A stretch of DNA of 64,000 bases from an uncultured Rhabdochlamydiaceae bacterium (lineage in GTDB: Bacteria > Chlamydiota > Chlamydiia > Chlamydiales > Rhabdochlamydiaceae), in assembly GCA_963712275.1 (NCBI GenBank), contig CAVQHD010000001.1, positions 736,001 through 800,000 on the forward strand, given 5' to 3'. The notes beneath the pieces were generated by a model. That model was not told the origin of the DNA. It worked only from the letters and a program-made list of their open reading frames with translations, and made no database searches. Below are positions 55,850 to 64,000 of this stretch, piece after piece (within the stretch, counting starts at the first letter, position 1; every line of letters starts with the position of its first letter). A program made the translations under genes and the position numbers.

Positions 55850-56707
55850 ATGGCTAAAAGAGAGATTCATCCAACGGCAGTTGTCGACCCTAAAGCGCAG
55901 CTTGGAGACAATGTCACCATCGAAGCGTACGCGATTGTGAAAGCAGATGTCAAAATTGGCGATGGGGTCACGATTAAATCACATGTTTATATCGAGGGGA
56001 ATACGACCATTGGGGCCGGTACGACGATTTGGCCAGGAGCGACTATTGGAACAAAAACCCAAGATCTCAAATTCAGAGGCGAGAAGACGTTTGTCATCAT
56101 TGGGAAAAATTGCGAGATCCGGGAATACGTTACCATTAACTCTTCTTGTCAGGAAAATTCGGTTGTTCGGGTCGGCGACAACTGCTTAATCATGGCCTAT
56201 TGCCATGTTGCCCATAATTGCGAAGTAGGCAACAAAGTGATCATGGCCAATGCCGTTAATTTAGCAGGGCATGTCATTATTGAAGATTGCGCTGTGATCG
56301 GAGGGATGGCAGCTTTACATCAATTTACCCGAGTTGGGTGTTATGCCATGGTTGGTGGATTTAGCCCTGTGACGCGCGATGTTCCTCCCTACACGATTGG
56401 AGGAGGAATACCTTATAAAATGGGAGGACTCAATCTCATTGGCCTTAAGCGTCATGGATTTCCTCTTTCCGTTCGAAAAGATTTGGTACGAGCTTTCAAA
56501 ATCACCTACCGCTCAGGTCTTAGCTTGACAGAGGCCCTTGAGCAGATTGAGCAAGAGGTTGAACCAAATCTCTACGTTCGGCATTGGGTCGAATTTTGTT
56601 TAGCCTCCAGGCGCGGATTAATTGGCTTTCAGAGGCAGACGAAAAACACTGACCCTCTCGAGTCTCAAACTGAATACGAAGAGCTTCTCGAAGAAGAAGT
56701 CACGTGA
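55850..56707 (+). CDS. lpxA: UDP-N-acetylglucosamine O-acyltransferase
   Basis: Hexapeptide repeats, QDLKF, HVAHNC, GLNLIGLKR. Confidence 0.96.
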   Translation: MAKREIHPTAVVDPKAQLGDNVTIEAYAIVKADVKIGDGVTIKSHVYIEGNTTIGAGTTIWPGATIGTKTQDLKFRGEKTFVIIGKNCEIREYVTINSSCQENSVVRVGDNCLIMAYCHVAHNCEVGNKVIMANAVNLAGHVIIEDCAVIGGMAALHQFTRVGCYAMVGGFSPVTRDVPPYTIGGGIPYKMGGLNLIGLKRHGFPLSVRKDLVRAFKITYRSGLSLTEALEQIEQEVEPNLYVRHWVEFCLASRRGLIGFQRQTKNTDPLESQTEYEELLEEEVT

Positions 56708-57627
56708 AGATCGTTTTTTTGGGGACCTCTTCTTTTTCTGTTGCTATTTTAAAGCACCTTCTTCAAAGCCCCTATCAAATCATTGCCGTTGTTACAAGAG
56801 TTGATAAGCCTCAAGGACGATCACTTGAGTTAAAGTCTCCTCCGGTGAAAGAATGGGTTCAAGCCTACGCTCCTCAGATACCTCTTTATCAACCCGCAAA
56901 GGCCTCATCAGAGGAGTTTGTCGCCTTTCTACGCTCTCTTGCTCCCGATCTTTTTATTGTTGCCTCCTATGGAGAAATCGTAAAAACCTCTCTTTTAAAT
57001 GCTGCGCGGCTAGGTGCTATCAATGTCCACACGAGCTTGCTTCCCAAGTGGCGAGGTGCAGCGCCCATCCAGCGATCTCTCATGGCCGGGGAGCAGGTCA
57101 CAGGGGTTACCATTATGAAAATGGTGCTGGAGCTGGACGCCGGCGACATTTTAGATCAGACCAAAGTTGAAGTTCTCCCAGAGATGACCTACGGAGAGCT
57201 TGAGCAAGCGCTTGCTGTGGCATCAAAGGAGCCGCTTCTTCAAGTGCTCTCTCAGATGGAGCATGGAACTTTGCAAGCTACACCTCAAGACCCTTCAAAA
57301 GTCACTTTTGCTCCTAAAATCTTACCGCAAGACCGGGTGATTGATTGGAGTCGCACCGCTGATGAGATCCATAACCAAATTCGGGCTCTTTCTCCAGAGC
57401 CAGGCGCTTGGACTTCCATTGAAGTTGGAGAGCAGACAAAAAAAATGAAAATTAAGCGGTCGCGCGTTGCAGCAGCTCCAGCGACACTCACAGCTAAAGA
57501 ATGGATTGTCGGCTGCGGGAAGGGTCATTTAAGCCTTCTCGAAGTGCAGCTCGAAGGAAAAAAAACACTTTCTATCAGTGAATTTCTTCGAGGAGTGCAT
57601 GGACCTATTCAGCTGATTCAAAGTTAA
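56704..57627 (+). CDS. fmt: Methionyl-tRNA formyltransferase
   Basis: NVHTSLLPKWRGAAPIQR, LDAGDI. Confidence 0.96.
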   Translation: MKIVFLGTSSFSVAILKHLLQSPYQIIAVVTRVDKPQGRSLELKSPPVKEWVQAYAPQIPLYQPAKASSEEFVAFLRSLAPDLFIVASYGEIVKTSLLNAARLGAINVHTSLLPKWRGAAPIQRSLMAGEQVTGVTIMKMVLELDAGDILDQTKVEVLPEMTYGELEQALAVASKEPLLQVLSQMEHGTLQATPQDPSKVTFAPKILPQDRVIDWSRTADEIHNQIRALSPEPGAWTSIEVGEQTKKMKIKRSRVAAAPATLTAKEWIVGCGKGHLSLLEVQLEGKKTLSISEFLRGVHGPIQLIQS

Positions 57628-57632
57628 TTTTC

Positions 57633-57661
57633 TTGGACTTAAAGCCTTTCTTGTTTACCAT
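57633..57661 (+). promoter_or_regulatory. Putative sigma66 promoter of ORF 57712
   Basis: TTGGAC-17-TACCAT; AGGAG RBS downstream. Confidence 0.4.
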
Positions 57662-57711
57662 GCTCTTTCGAACATTAAAAAGATCTTTCAAAGCTCAAAG
57701 GAGAGTTTTAT

Positions 57712-58584
57712 ATGGGTATGGGTGTAATTGTTAATGGGTTCAATAAGTTCGCAGGAGCGCTTTCGACTGTTGTGACGCCGGCTTCCAATTGTTTGGGTGG
57801 AGTTGGTTACTACGTTAAAAAGATGACTGGTGCGGGGGATGCAAAAACATTTTTTGTCAGACCTGCGATGGTCTTAGGGGCAAGCTACAAATTTTTCTGC
57901 CCTGAAAAATATCTTGCAAATCAGTATCCAGGATTCATCCAATGGACTGAGACTGCAAAAGTTGTTAAAAGTTTTTTAAGTGCGGTCGATATTCTTCCAC
58001 AGACGGGAAAAATGGCTACAGCACTTTCTACGAAAATTGTTCAACAGGATCCGAAGGATACCAAGTGGAATCTCAGTAGAGAGGTCGCCTATATGAATGA
58101 CGGGAAGCCGCGCCTTCACAAGGCTACCCTTAGCCCACTAGCGCTGGTGGCTCAAAGGCTTTCTTCTGTTGCGTTATGGTTCATTAATATAGGAGATGCT
58201 GTAAATGAAATAGGGGAATACTACCCCATTTCTCCCTTCCTTAAGAAATATGTACCCATTATGTTCTCAGCGGCGGGTCTGTATATGGGAGTTCAAGGAC
58301 TTTACGAAGAAGAAGTGGTTAGGGGTTCTGTTAAACGTGAAAATTTCGTGATGGCCCCAGAAGAAAACTATTATAGCTGGGCGAACCGTGCATTAAATGG
58401 GACATATTTATTTATAAGTACCGTTGGAGGTTTGGGGATTTATTTTGAAAAAAATCCTCCAAAATGGCTTCCTACCGCCCAATTTGTTGGTACAGCTGTG
58501 CTCGCGGTTGTTCTGATTGCCCACAAGGTACTGAAAGACCAGGTGGAAGATCTTCATAAATCGAGGGAAGCCAGAGTAGTTTAA
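57712..58584 (+). CDS. Hypothetical protein between fmt and rplC
   Basis: 290-aa ORF with its own RBS and terminator; moderately hydrophobic C-terminal half. Confidence 0.75.
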   Translation: MGMGVIVNGFNKFAGALSTVVTPASNCLGGVGYYVKKMTGAGDAKTFFVRPAMVLGASYKFFCPEKYLANQYPGFIQWTETAKVVKSFLSAVDILPQTGKMATALSTKIVQQDPKDTKWNLSREVAYMNDGKPRLHKATLSPLALVAQRLSSVALWFINIGDAVNEIGEYYPISPFLKKYVPIMFSAAGLYMGVQGLYEEEVVRGSVKRENFVMAPEENYYSWANRALNGTYLFISTVGGLGIYFEKNPPKWLPTAQFVGTAVLAVVLIAHKVLKDQVEDLHKSREARVV

Positions 58585-58610
58585 GTAGTCTTATCCTTAA
58601 GGTAATTCCT

Positions 58611-58644
58611 AAGACCTTGCTACCTTGTGGCAAGGTCTTTTTTT
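58611..58644 (+). terminator. Rho-independent terminator
   Basis: AAGACCTTGCTAC-ctt-GTGGCAAGGTCTT followed by a T-run. Confidence 0.85.
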
Positions 58645-58824
58645 ATGGATGAAAATGAGTCCACACCACCTTTCTTGGATTGAATGGGCAGTCGCCATTG
58701 CCATTACGGGGCTTGGTTTTTCCCTTCTTATCTACGCTTTCTTGGCTGTTTACCTTTGATCCTTGTGGTTTTGCTAAATTTTGGTTGTTGGAAAATCGGA
58801 AGATTTGTTAGCCTACTCGCTTTA

Positions 58825-58927
58825 GAAGCTGTCTTAAAGCTCAGGTTTCGTCGCTTTTTGGAAAATAAAGCGAAAATTGGCTCAAAAAGCCCCAAAAATC
58901 GCAGAAACTGAGTTTTAAGACAGCTTC
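58825..58927. repeat. 103-bp internally deleted family A element
   Basis: Termini GAAGCTGTCTTAAA...TTTAAGACAGCTTC; interior matches the reverse complement of 31229-31398; TTA/TTA flanks. Confidence 0.88.
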
Positions 58928-59040
58928 TTAGAGGTCGCTCGCAAACTCAACCAATTGCGATAGCAAGCGGTGCGCTGTTTGATGAGAAGCAGCTGATAAA
59001 TTTTTCTTTAATGAGTGGTAGAACTCCGGAATTTAGGTAA

Positions 59041-59724
59041 ATGATGAAGCCAAAGTTGATGAAGCCAAAGTTGATGGGAATTAAACAAGGGATGATGCAA
59101 CTCTTTGATCCGCAAGGAAACCGGGTTGTGTGCTCGGTGATTAAAGCAGATAAACACCTGATTTCTCAAATTAAAACCGTTGAAACAGATGGGTATCAGG
59201 CCCTTCAGCTTGCATCAGGAACATTGAATGCAGCAAAAATGCGCAAGGTGGCAAGGCCTCAGCAAGGGCATTTTAAGAAGGCAGGAATTGAGCCTCGCCG
59301 GTTTTTGACAGAGGTTTGCGTGGATGATACGACCCCCTTCCAAGTCGGGCAGGAGTTTGGGGTAGAGCTCTTTCAAGATATTGCTTTTGTCGATGTGGTG
59401 GGAGTTTCCAAAGGAAAAGGGTATCAAGGGGTGATTAAAAGGCACCACTTTGCCGGAGGGCCTGCGGCGCATGGTTCCGGGTTCCATCGTCATGGCGGAT
59501 CGTGCGGAATGAGATCAACGCCTGGACGGTGCCTCCCTGGAGTTAAAAAAGCAGGGCGCATGGGGTGTGATCAGGTGACTGTAGAAAATCTGCGTGTGAT
59601 TAAAATTGACCCCGAAAAGCAAGTGATTGTCGTCGAAGGTGCTATTCCTGGTGCTCGAGGGGGGCTTGTTTATATCACCTCAGCAAAAAAAAGACAAAGT
59701 AAGGTGAAACGTGGCAAGTCTTAA
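59041..59724 (+). CDS. rplC: 50S ribosomal protein L3
   Basis: DGYQALQL, SKGKGYQGVIKRH, PGVKKAGRMG; exact start uncertain because of a 15-bp duplication. Confidence 0.96.
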   Translation: MMKPKLMKPKLMGIKQGMMQLFDPQGNRVVCSVIKADKHLISQIKTVETDGYQALQLASGTLNAAKMRKVARPQQGHFKKAGIEPRRFLTEVCVDDTTPFQVGQEFGVELFQDIAFVDVVGVSKGKGYQGVIKRHHFAGGPAAHGSGFHRHGGSCGMRSTPGRCLPGVKKAGRMGCDQVTVENLRVIKIDPEKQVIVVEGAIPGARGGLVYITSAKKRQSKVKRGKS

Positions 59725-60355
59725 GAAGTTTGAGCTTTCGGGGAAGGAAATCGGTCATCTTTCCATTGAAGACGAATTATTGAAGGTTCAAGTGAACTCA
59801 CAGATGATTAAAGATTATATTGTCGCTCTTCGCGCCAATGCTCGGCAATGGTCTGCGCATACAAAAACGCGAGCTGAAGTGTCCCATTCAGGGCAAAAAC
59901 CCCATCCGCAGAAAGGAACGGGACGCGCGAGGCAGGGATATTTAGGCGCTGCTCAATATAAGGGAGGAGGCCGTGTTGGAGGGCCTAGACACAAGGAAGA
60001 TCAGCATGTCGCAATCAACCGTAAAGAGAAACGTGCGGTGATTCGGCATCTTCTGGCTGAAAAAATCACCGGAGGCGAGATGGTAGTTTTGGAACCTGGA
60101 GCTTTTCGGGCGCCTAAAACGAAGAAAGTGGCCGATTTTTTAAAGGGACTTGAAATCTTTGGAAAAAAGGTGCTTTTTGTCGCCGATCAAGTTGGCGGAA
60201 AAAAAGAGAGCCATTTTGTGAAAAGCATGCGCAATATTCCGAACGCAGATTTTATGTTGATTGAAAATATCAGCGGCTATGATGTTGTTTCCCATCGACT
60301 CATTATTGTGATGGATGATGCGACAAGTCGTTTGATGAAGATGTTAGAAGGTTAA
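59711..60355 (+). CDS. rplD: 50S ribosomal protein L4
   Basis: TKTRAEV...QKGTGRARQG. Confidence 0.96.
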   Translation: MASLKKFELSGKEIGHLSIEDELLKVQVNSQMIKDYIVALRANARQWSAHTKTRAEVSHSGQKPHPQKGTGRARQGYLGAAQYKGGGRVGGPRHKEDQHVAINRKEKRAVIRHLLAEKITGGEMVVLEPGAFRAPKTKKVADFLKGLEIFGKKVLFVADQVGGKKESHFVKSMRNIPNADFMLIENISGYDVVSHRLIIVMDDATSRLMKMLEG

Positions 60356-60357
60356 AA

Positions 60358-60696
60358 ATGATGCGCAACCATCCCTATGAGATTATTAAAAGCCGCTATG
60401 TCACTGAAAAAGCGCGTGTCCTAGAAGGGCTTCAAAATAACAAAAGCAACCCTTCTGTTAAGAAATGCAGCACACCCAAATATGTTTTTTTGGTCGATAA
60501 GAAAGCCACAAAACACCAAATTGCTCGAGCAATTGAAGAGATTTATTCTGATAAGGGCATCAAAGTGCTGGGTGTGAATACCATTCATATCAAACCAAAA
60601 CAGCGGACTGTTAGAGGACGCCGTGGGATGAGGCCAGGTTATAAGAAAGCGATTGTCACCTTAAAACCAGGTGATGTGATTGAGGATAAGGTGTAA
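60358..60696 (+). CDS. rplW: 50S ribosomal protein L23
   Basis: VTEKA, KKAIVTL; operon order. Confidence 0.95.
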   Translation: MMRNHPYEIIKSRYVTEKARVLEGLQNNKSNPSVKKCSTPKYVFLVDKKATKHQIARAIEEIYSDKGIKVLGVNTIHIKPKQRTVRGRRGMRPGYKKAIVTLKPGDVIEDKV

Positions 60697-60698
60697 GT

Positions 60699-61520
60699 AT
60701 GACGAAGGAATTTAGGCCCACCACTCCTGGGCAGCGAGAGCTTGTACTCGAAAGTCGCACTGCTCTCACAAAAGGTGTAAAACCAGAAAAATCTTTGCTC
60801 GTGAAAAAAAACCGCATGAATGGCCGCAATCATCATGGTCATATTACATGCCGCCATCTCGGTGGAGGGCATGCCCGGTTTTATCGAATGATTGACTTCA
60901 AACGAGATAAAATCGATATCCCCGCAAAGGTCGCTGCTTTAGAATACGATCCTAATCGAACAGCTCACATTGCTCTTTTGCACTATGTTGATGGCGAAAA
61001 GAGGTACATTCTGGCTCCAGAGGGGCTTAAGGTGGGCGAGACTGTGGTGACAACGGACAAAGAAGCCTATGACGTTGGCTGCTGCATGAAGCTAAAGCTG
61101 ATGCCGCTCGGCTCCGTCATTCATAACATTGAAATATCACCTGGCCAAGGGGCCTCTCTTGTCCGTTCTGCAGGGCTGTCAGCCCAGCTTCTTGCGCGCA
61201 GCGATGGGTATGTGACTTTAAAGATGCCGTCCGGCGAAATTCGGATGATCAATGAAGATTGCCGTGCTACATTTGGAGTTATTTCGAATGGTGAGCGGAT
61301 TCTTCGTGTCGAAGGAAAAGCAGGACGGATGCGTTGGAGAGGGGTCCGGCCTACGGTCCGAGGAACAGCGATGAACCCTGTCGACCACCCCCACGGAGGC
61401 GGCGAAGGAAAACATAACGGCTATCTCCCGCAAACTCCTTGGGCTATGTATACTAAAGGATTCCGTACACGTTCGAAGAAAAAAACAGGGAAATGGATTG
61501 TCAAGGATCGGAGGAAATAA
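60699..61520 (+). CDS. rplB: 50S ribosomal protein L2
   Basis: [30 protein letters not shown]. Confidence 0.98.
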   Translation: MTKEFRPTTPGQRELVLESRTALTKGVKPEKSLLVKKNRMNGRNHHGHITCRHLGGGHARFYRMIDFKRDKIDIPAKVAALEYDPNRTAHIALLHYVDGEKRYILAPEGLKVGETVVTTDKEAYDVGCCMKLKLMPLGSVIHNIEISPGQGASLVRSAGLSAQLLARSDGYVTLKMPSGEIRMINEDCRATFGVISNGERILRVEGKAGRMRWRGVRPTVRGTAMNPVDHPHGGGEGKHNGYLPQTPWAMYTKGFRTRSKKKTGKWIVKDRRK

Positions 61521-61529
61521 GAGTAGCAT

Positions 61530-61901
61530 ATGGGTAGATCGTTAAGAAAAGGTCCCTTCGTAGACCATCATCTCCTTGCAAAAGTAGAAAAGCAAAATAT
61601 GGGCGGCTCTAAAAGGTCCATTAAAACGTGGTCACGCCGATCGATGATTATTCCCGATATGGTGGGTCATACATTTGAAGTTCATAACGGACGTAAATTT
61701 ATTGCAGTCTTCATCTCTGAAAATATGGTGGGACACCGCCTTGGTGAATTTTCCCCTACGCGAGTATTCAAAGGGCATGGATCGAAGAAAATCGCAGAGG
61801 CTGCCGCCGCAGCTGCCGCACCTGCTGCTGGAGCAGCTCCTGCAGGAGCGCCTGCAGCGGCTCCACAAGGTGGAGCTAAACCCGCTGCAGCAGCTAAATA
61901 A
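61530..61901 (+). CDS. rpsS: 30S ribosomal protein S19 with Ala/Pro-rich tail
   Basis: [29 protein letters not shown]. Confidence 0.97.
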   Translation: MGRSLRKGPFVDHHLLAKVEKQNMGGSKRSIKTWSRRSMIIPDMVGHTFEVHNGRKFIAVFISENMVGHRLGEFSPTRVFKGHGSKKIAEAAAAAAAPAAGAAPAGAPAAAPQGGAKPAAAAK

Positions 61902-61912
61902 GGGAGGATTGA

Positions 61913-62257
61913 ATGGAGCACGGTAAAGCAGTGACGAAAAATGTGAGAATTCCTCCACGCAAGGCAAGGCTTGCTGCAGATTTAATTCGAGGACTTTCAG
62001 TCGAGGATGCATCGATTCAGCTCATCCATTCTCAGCTGAAAGGAGGAAAACTGCTGAAGAAAACGTTAGATAGTGCAGTTGCGAACGCGGAAACACAGCT
62101 CAATATCCCTCGCCAAAAGTTAAGAGTAAGTGAAGTACGCATCGATTGCGGTTCTGTTCTTAAACGGTCTAAGACAAAAGCGCGAGGTGGAATGGTTCCT
62201 GTTTTGAAGCGAACCAGTCATCTGACAGTGATTGTAGAGCCAGTGGAAGGTCAATAA
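61913..62257 (+). CDS. rplV: 50S ribosomal protein L22
   Basis: RIPPRKARLAADLIRG, SAVANAE, KRTSHLTV. Confidence 0.96.
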   Translation: MEHGKAVTKNVRIPPRKARLAADLIRGLSVEDASIQLIHSQLKGGKLLKKTLDSAVANAETQLNIPRQKLRVSEVRIDCGSVLKRSKTKARGGMVPVLKRTSHLTVIVEPVEGQ

Positions 62258-62886
62258 TGGGACAAAAAACATCTCCTATAGGGTTTCGATTATCTCGAAC
62301 AAAGAAATGGAAGTCTCTCTGGTATGCCAACAAACAAGAATTTGGCGGGCAGCTTGGAGAAGATAAGCAAATTCGGGATTATCTTTTTGCAAAACCGATT
62401 TGCGTTGGGACCTCTCAGATTATCATTAAGCGAATGAGTGGAAAAGTTGAAGTGACGATTCATACCGCAAGGCCTGGACTCGTCATCGGGAAAAAAGGGG
62501 CTGAGATCGATATTCTCAAACAAGAGCTTAAAAAGCTGACAGGGAAAGAAGTCTATCTTGAAGTCGAAGAAATTAAAAGAGCTGATCTCGATGCAAAACT
62601 GATTGCCGATGGAGTTGCAAAACAGCTTGAGCGTCGAATGCCTTTTAGGCGCGTCATGAAAAAAGCGTTGCAATCTTCTATGGATGCCGGCGCTATGGGG
62701 ATTAAAATCTCCATTTCAGGACGTATCGGCGGTGCAGAGATTGCTCGTACCGAATGGTATAAAGAAGGACGTATTCCTCTCCACACAATCCGGGCAGACA
62801 TTGATCTTGGAATAGCGCGAGCGCAGACAATGTATGGTACGATTGGAGTGAAAGTGTGGGTTAATCATGGGGAAGGAGGAGCTTAA
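62257..62886 (+). CDS. rpsC: 30S ribosomal protein S3
   Basis: MGQKTSPIGFRL, RPGLVIGKKG, GRIGGAEIAR. Confidence 0.97.
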   Translation: MGQKTSPIGFRLSRTKKWKSLWYANKQEFGGQLGEDKQIRDYLFAKPICVGTSQIIIKRMSGKVEVTIHTARPGLVIGKKGAEIDILKQELKKLTGKEVYLEVEEIKRADLDAKLIADGVAKQLERRMPFRRVMKKALQSSMDAGAMGIKISISGRIGGAEIARTEWYKEGRIPLHTIRADIDLGIARAQTMYGTIGVKVWVNHGEGGA

Positions 62887-62889
62887 TTT

Positions 62890-63309
62890 ATGGCACTGAT
62901 GCCAGCGCGTACAAAATTTCGAAAAATGCAAAAAGGGCAGAGGGCTGGGCTCAGCAAAGCCGCCAACTTTCTTGACTTCGGCGAATTTGGAATGCAAGCT
63001 TTGGAGCGGGGATGGATTACGAATCATCAAATTGAAGCATGCCGAGTGGCCATCTCTCGCTACTTCAACAGACGAGGACAGGTTTGGATTCGGATTTTTC
63101 CTGATAAGTCGGTGACAAAAAAACCTGCAGAAACACGAATGGGGAAAGGAAAAGGGAATGTGGAGCACTGGGTGGCTGTTGTGCGCCCTGGTAGAGTCCT
63201 TTTTGAAGTCGGCGGTGTTTCAAAAGATATTGCTCAAAATGGGCTTCGACGCGCTGCAGCAAAGCTAGGTATTAAAACCCGCTTTGTCGAGCGGCTGGAG
63301 AGAGTATAG
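62890..63309 (+). CDS. rplP: 50S ribosomal protein L16
   Basis: WIRIFPDK...ETRMGKGKG. Confidence 0.97.
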   Translation: MALMPARTKFRKMQKGQRAGLSKAANFLDFGEFGMQALERGWITNHQIEACRVAISRYFNRRGQVWIRIFPDKSVTKKPAETRMGKGKGNVEHWVAVVRPGRVLFEVGGVSKDIAQNGLRRAAAKLGIKTRFVERLERV

Positions 63310-63311
63310 TT

Positions 63312-63515
63312 ATGTTGAATATGAGTGATTTAAAACAACAAGGTGCAGAAGAGCTCACGAAGCTCTATCGTGATCTTTCCAAAGAGATTTACGGTCTCAA
63401 GTGTGAGCTTCAGATGGCGCGTAAAACGGAAAAGCCTCACCTCCTTCGTGCAAAGAAAAAAGATCGTGCACGCGTGCTCACGGCGCTTCAGCAAACGAAT
63501 AAGGGGAAGGGTTAA
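63312..63515 (+). CDS. rpmC: 50S ribosomal protein L29
   Basis: Size, operon position, EKPHLLRAKKKDRARVLT. Confidence 0.92.
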   Translation: MLNMSDLKQQGAEELTKLYRDLSKEIYGLKCELQMARKTEKPHLLRAKKKDRARVLTALQQTNKGKG

Positions 63516-63518
63516 TTT

Positions 63519-63773
63519 ATGGTGCAGGGAAATAACAGCCGTCAAAAAGAGAGACAAGGACGGGTCGTCTCTACAAAAATGCAAAAAACAGTCACTGTCA
63601 AAGTAGACCGAACCTTTGCACATCCTGAGTTTAATAAAGTCGTCAAGCGAAGTAAGAATTATTACGCTCACTGCGAAGGCCATGAGGTCAAAGAAGGCCA
63701 GACCGTGCGGATTGTTGAAACAAGGCCTCTTTCAAAAAATAAGCGGTGGCGCGTTGTTGAGGTGATCGCATGA
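63519..63773 (+). CDS. rpsQ: 30S ribosomal protein S17
   Basis: [25 protein letters not shown]. Confidence 0.96.
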   Translation: MVQGNNSRQKERQGRVVSTKMQKTVTVKVDRTFAHPEFNKVVKRSKNYYAHCEGHEVKEGQTVRIVETRPLSKNKRWRVVEVIA

Positions 63774-64000
63774 TTCAACAAGAGAGTAACTTAGAAGTCG
63801 CTGATAATACCGGTGCAAAAAGTGTTCGATGCTTTAAAGTTCTCAAGGGTTCAAAGCGGCGGTATGCACAAGTTGGCGATGTCATTGTCTGCAGTGTAAA
63901 AGACGCAGATCCTAAGGGCATGGTCAAAAAAGGGGATGTTGTTAAAGCGGTGATTGTTCGAACACGCAGTTATATTCGCCGCGCTGATGGATCCTTGCTC
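63770..64000 (+). CDS. rplN: 50S ribosomal protein L14 (3' truncated by window edge)
   Basis: [17 protein letters not shown] start. Confidence 0.95.
   Translation, partial: MIQQESNLEVADNTGAKSVRCFKVLKGSKRRYAQVGDVIVCSVKDADPKGMVKKGDVVKAVIVRTRSYIRRADGSLL

Noticed and set aside
58684..58911. 75-aa ORF sharing RFRRFLE with the trmL read-through tail
   Set aside because: The shared peptide comes from the family A repeat
58930..59040. Absence of rpsJ before rplC
   Set aside because: Normal for chlamydiae, where rpsJ lies elsewhere
1..64000. CRISPR array or cas genes
   Set aside because: No regularly spaced direct repeats with unique spacers; the RuvC/HNH protein is IscB-sized, with a PLMP motif and an omegaRNA

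Overview
This window is chromosomal DNA from an environmental chlamydia (phylum Chlamydiota). The assignment rests on euo, a large fused SecDF, uhpC and chlamydia-type gene order (trxA-trmL-mip-aspS-hisS-uhpC-dnaE; lpxC-fabZ-lpxA-fmt-orf-rplC...rplN, with no rpsJ). A dense mobile layer sits on this housekeeping backbone. (1) Two near-identical, oppositely oriented 1575-bp DDE insertion sequences with 4-bp target duplications, each splitting a gene. (2) A TnpA-less IscB-omegaRNA element, inserted between a host promoter and the start codon of a small HTH gene. (3) At least four families of palindromic miniature elements (11-220 bp). Several have termini resembling the IS inverted repeat, and their two arms co-vary between copies. 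They have inserted into coding sequence: in frame into the signal peptide of an LptE-like lipoprotein, out of frame into trmL, and at the start of a pterin dehydratase gene. Several candidate secreted or inclusion proteins are also present (Inc-like, F-box/LRR, and an ORF in the cap1 position). All calls come from reading the sequence and recognising motifs; no database searches were run.
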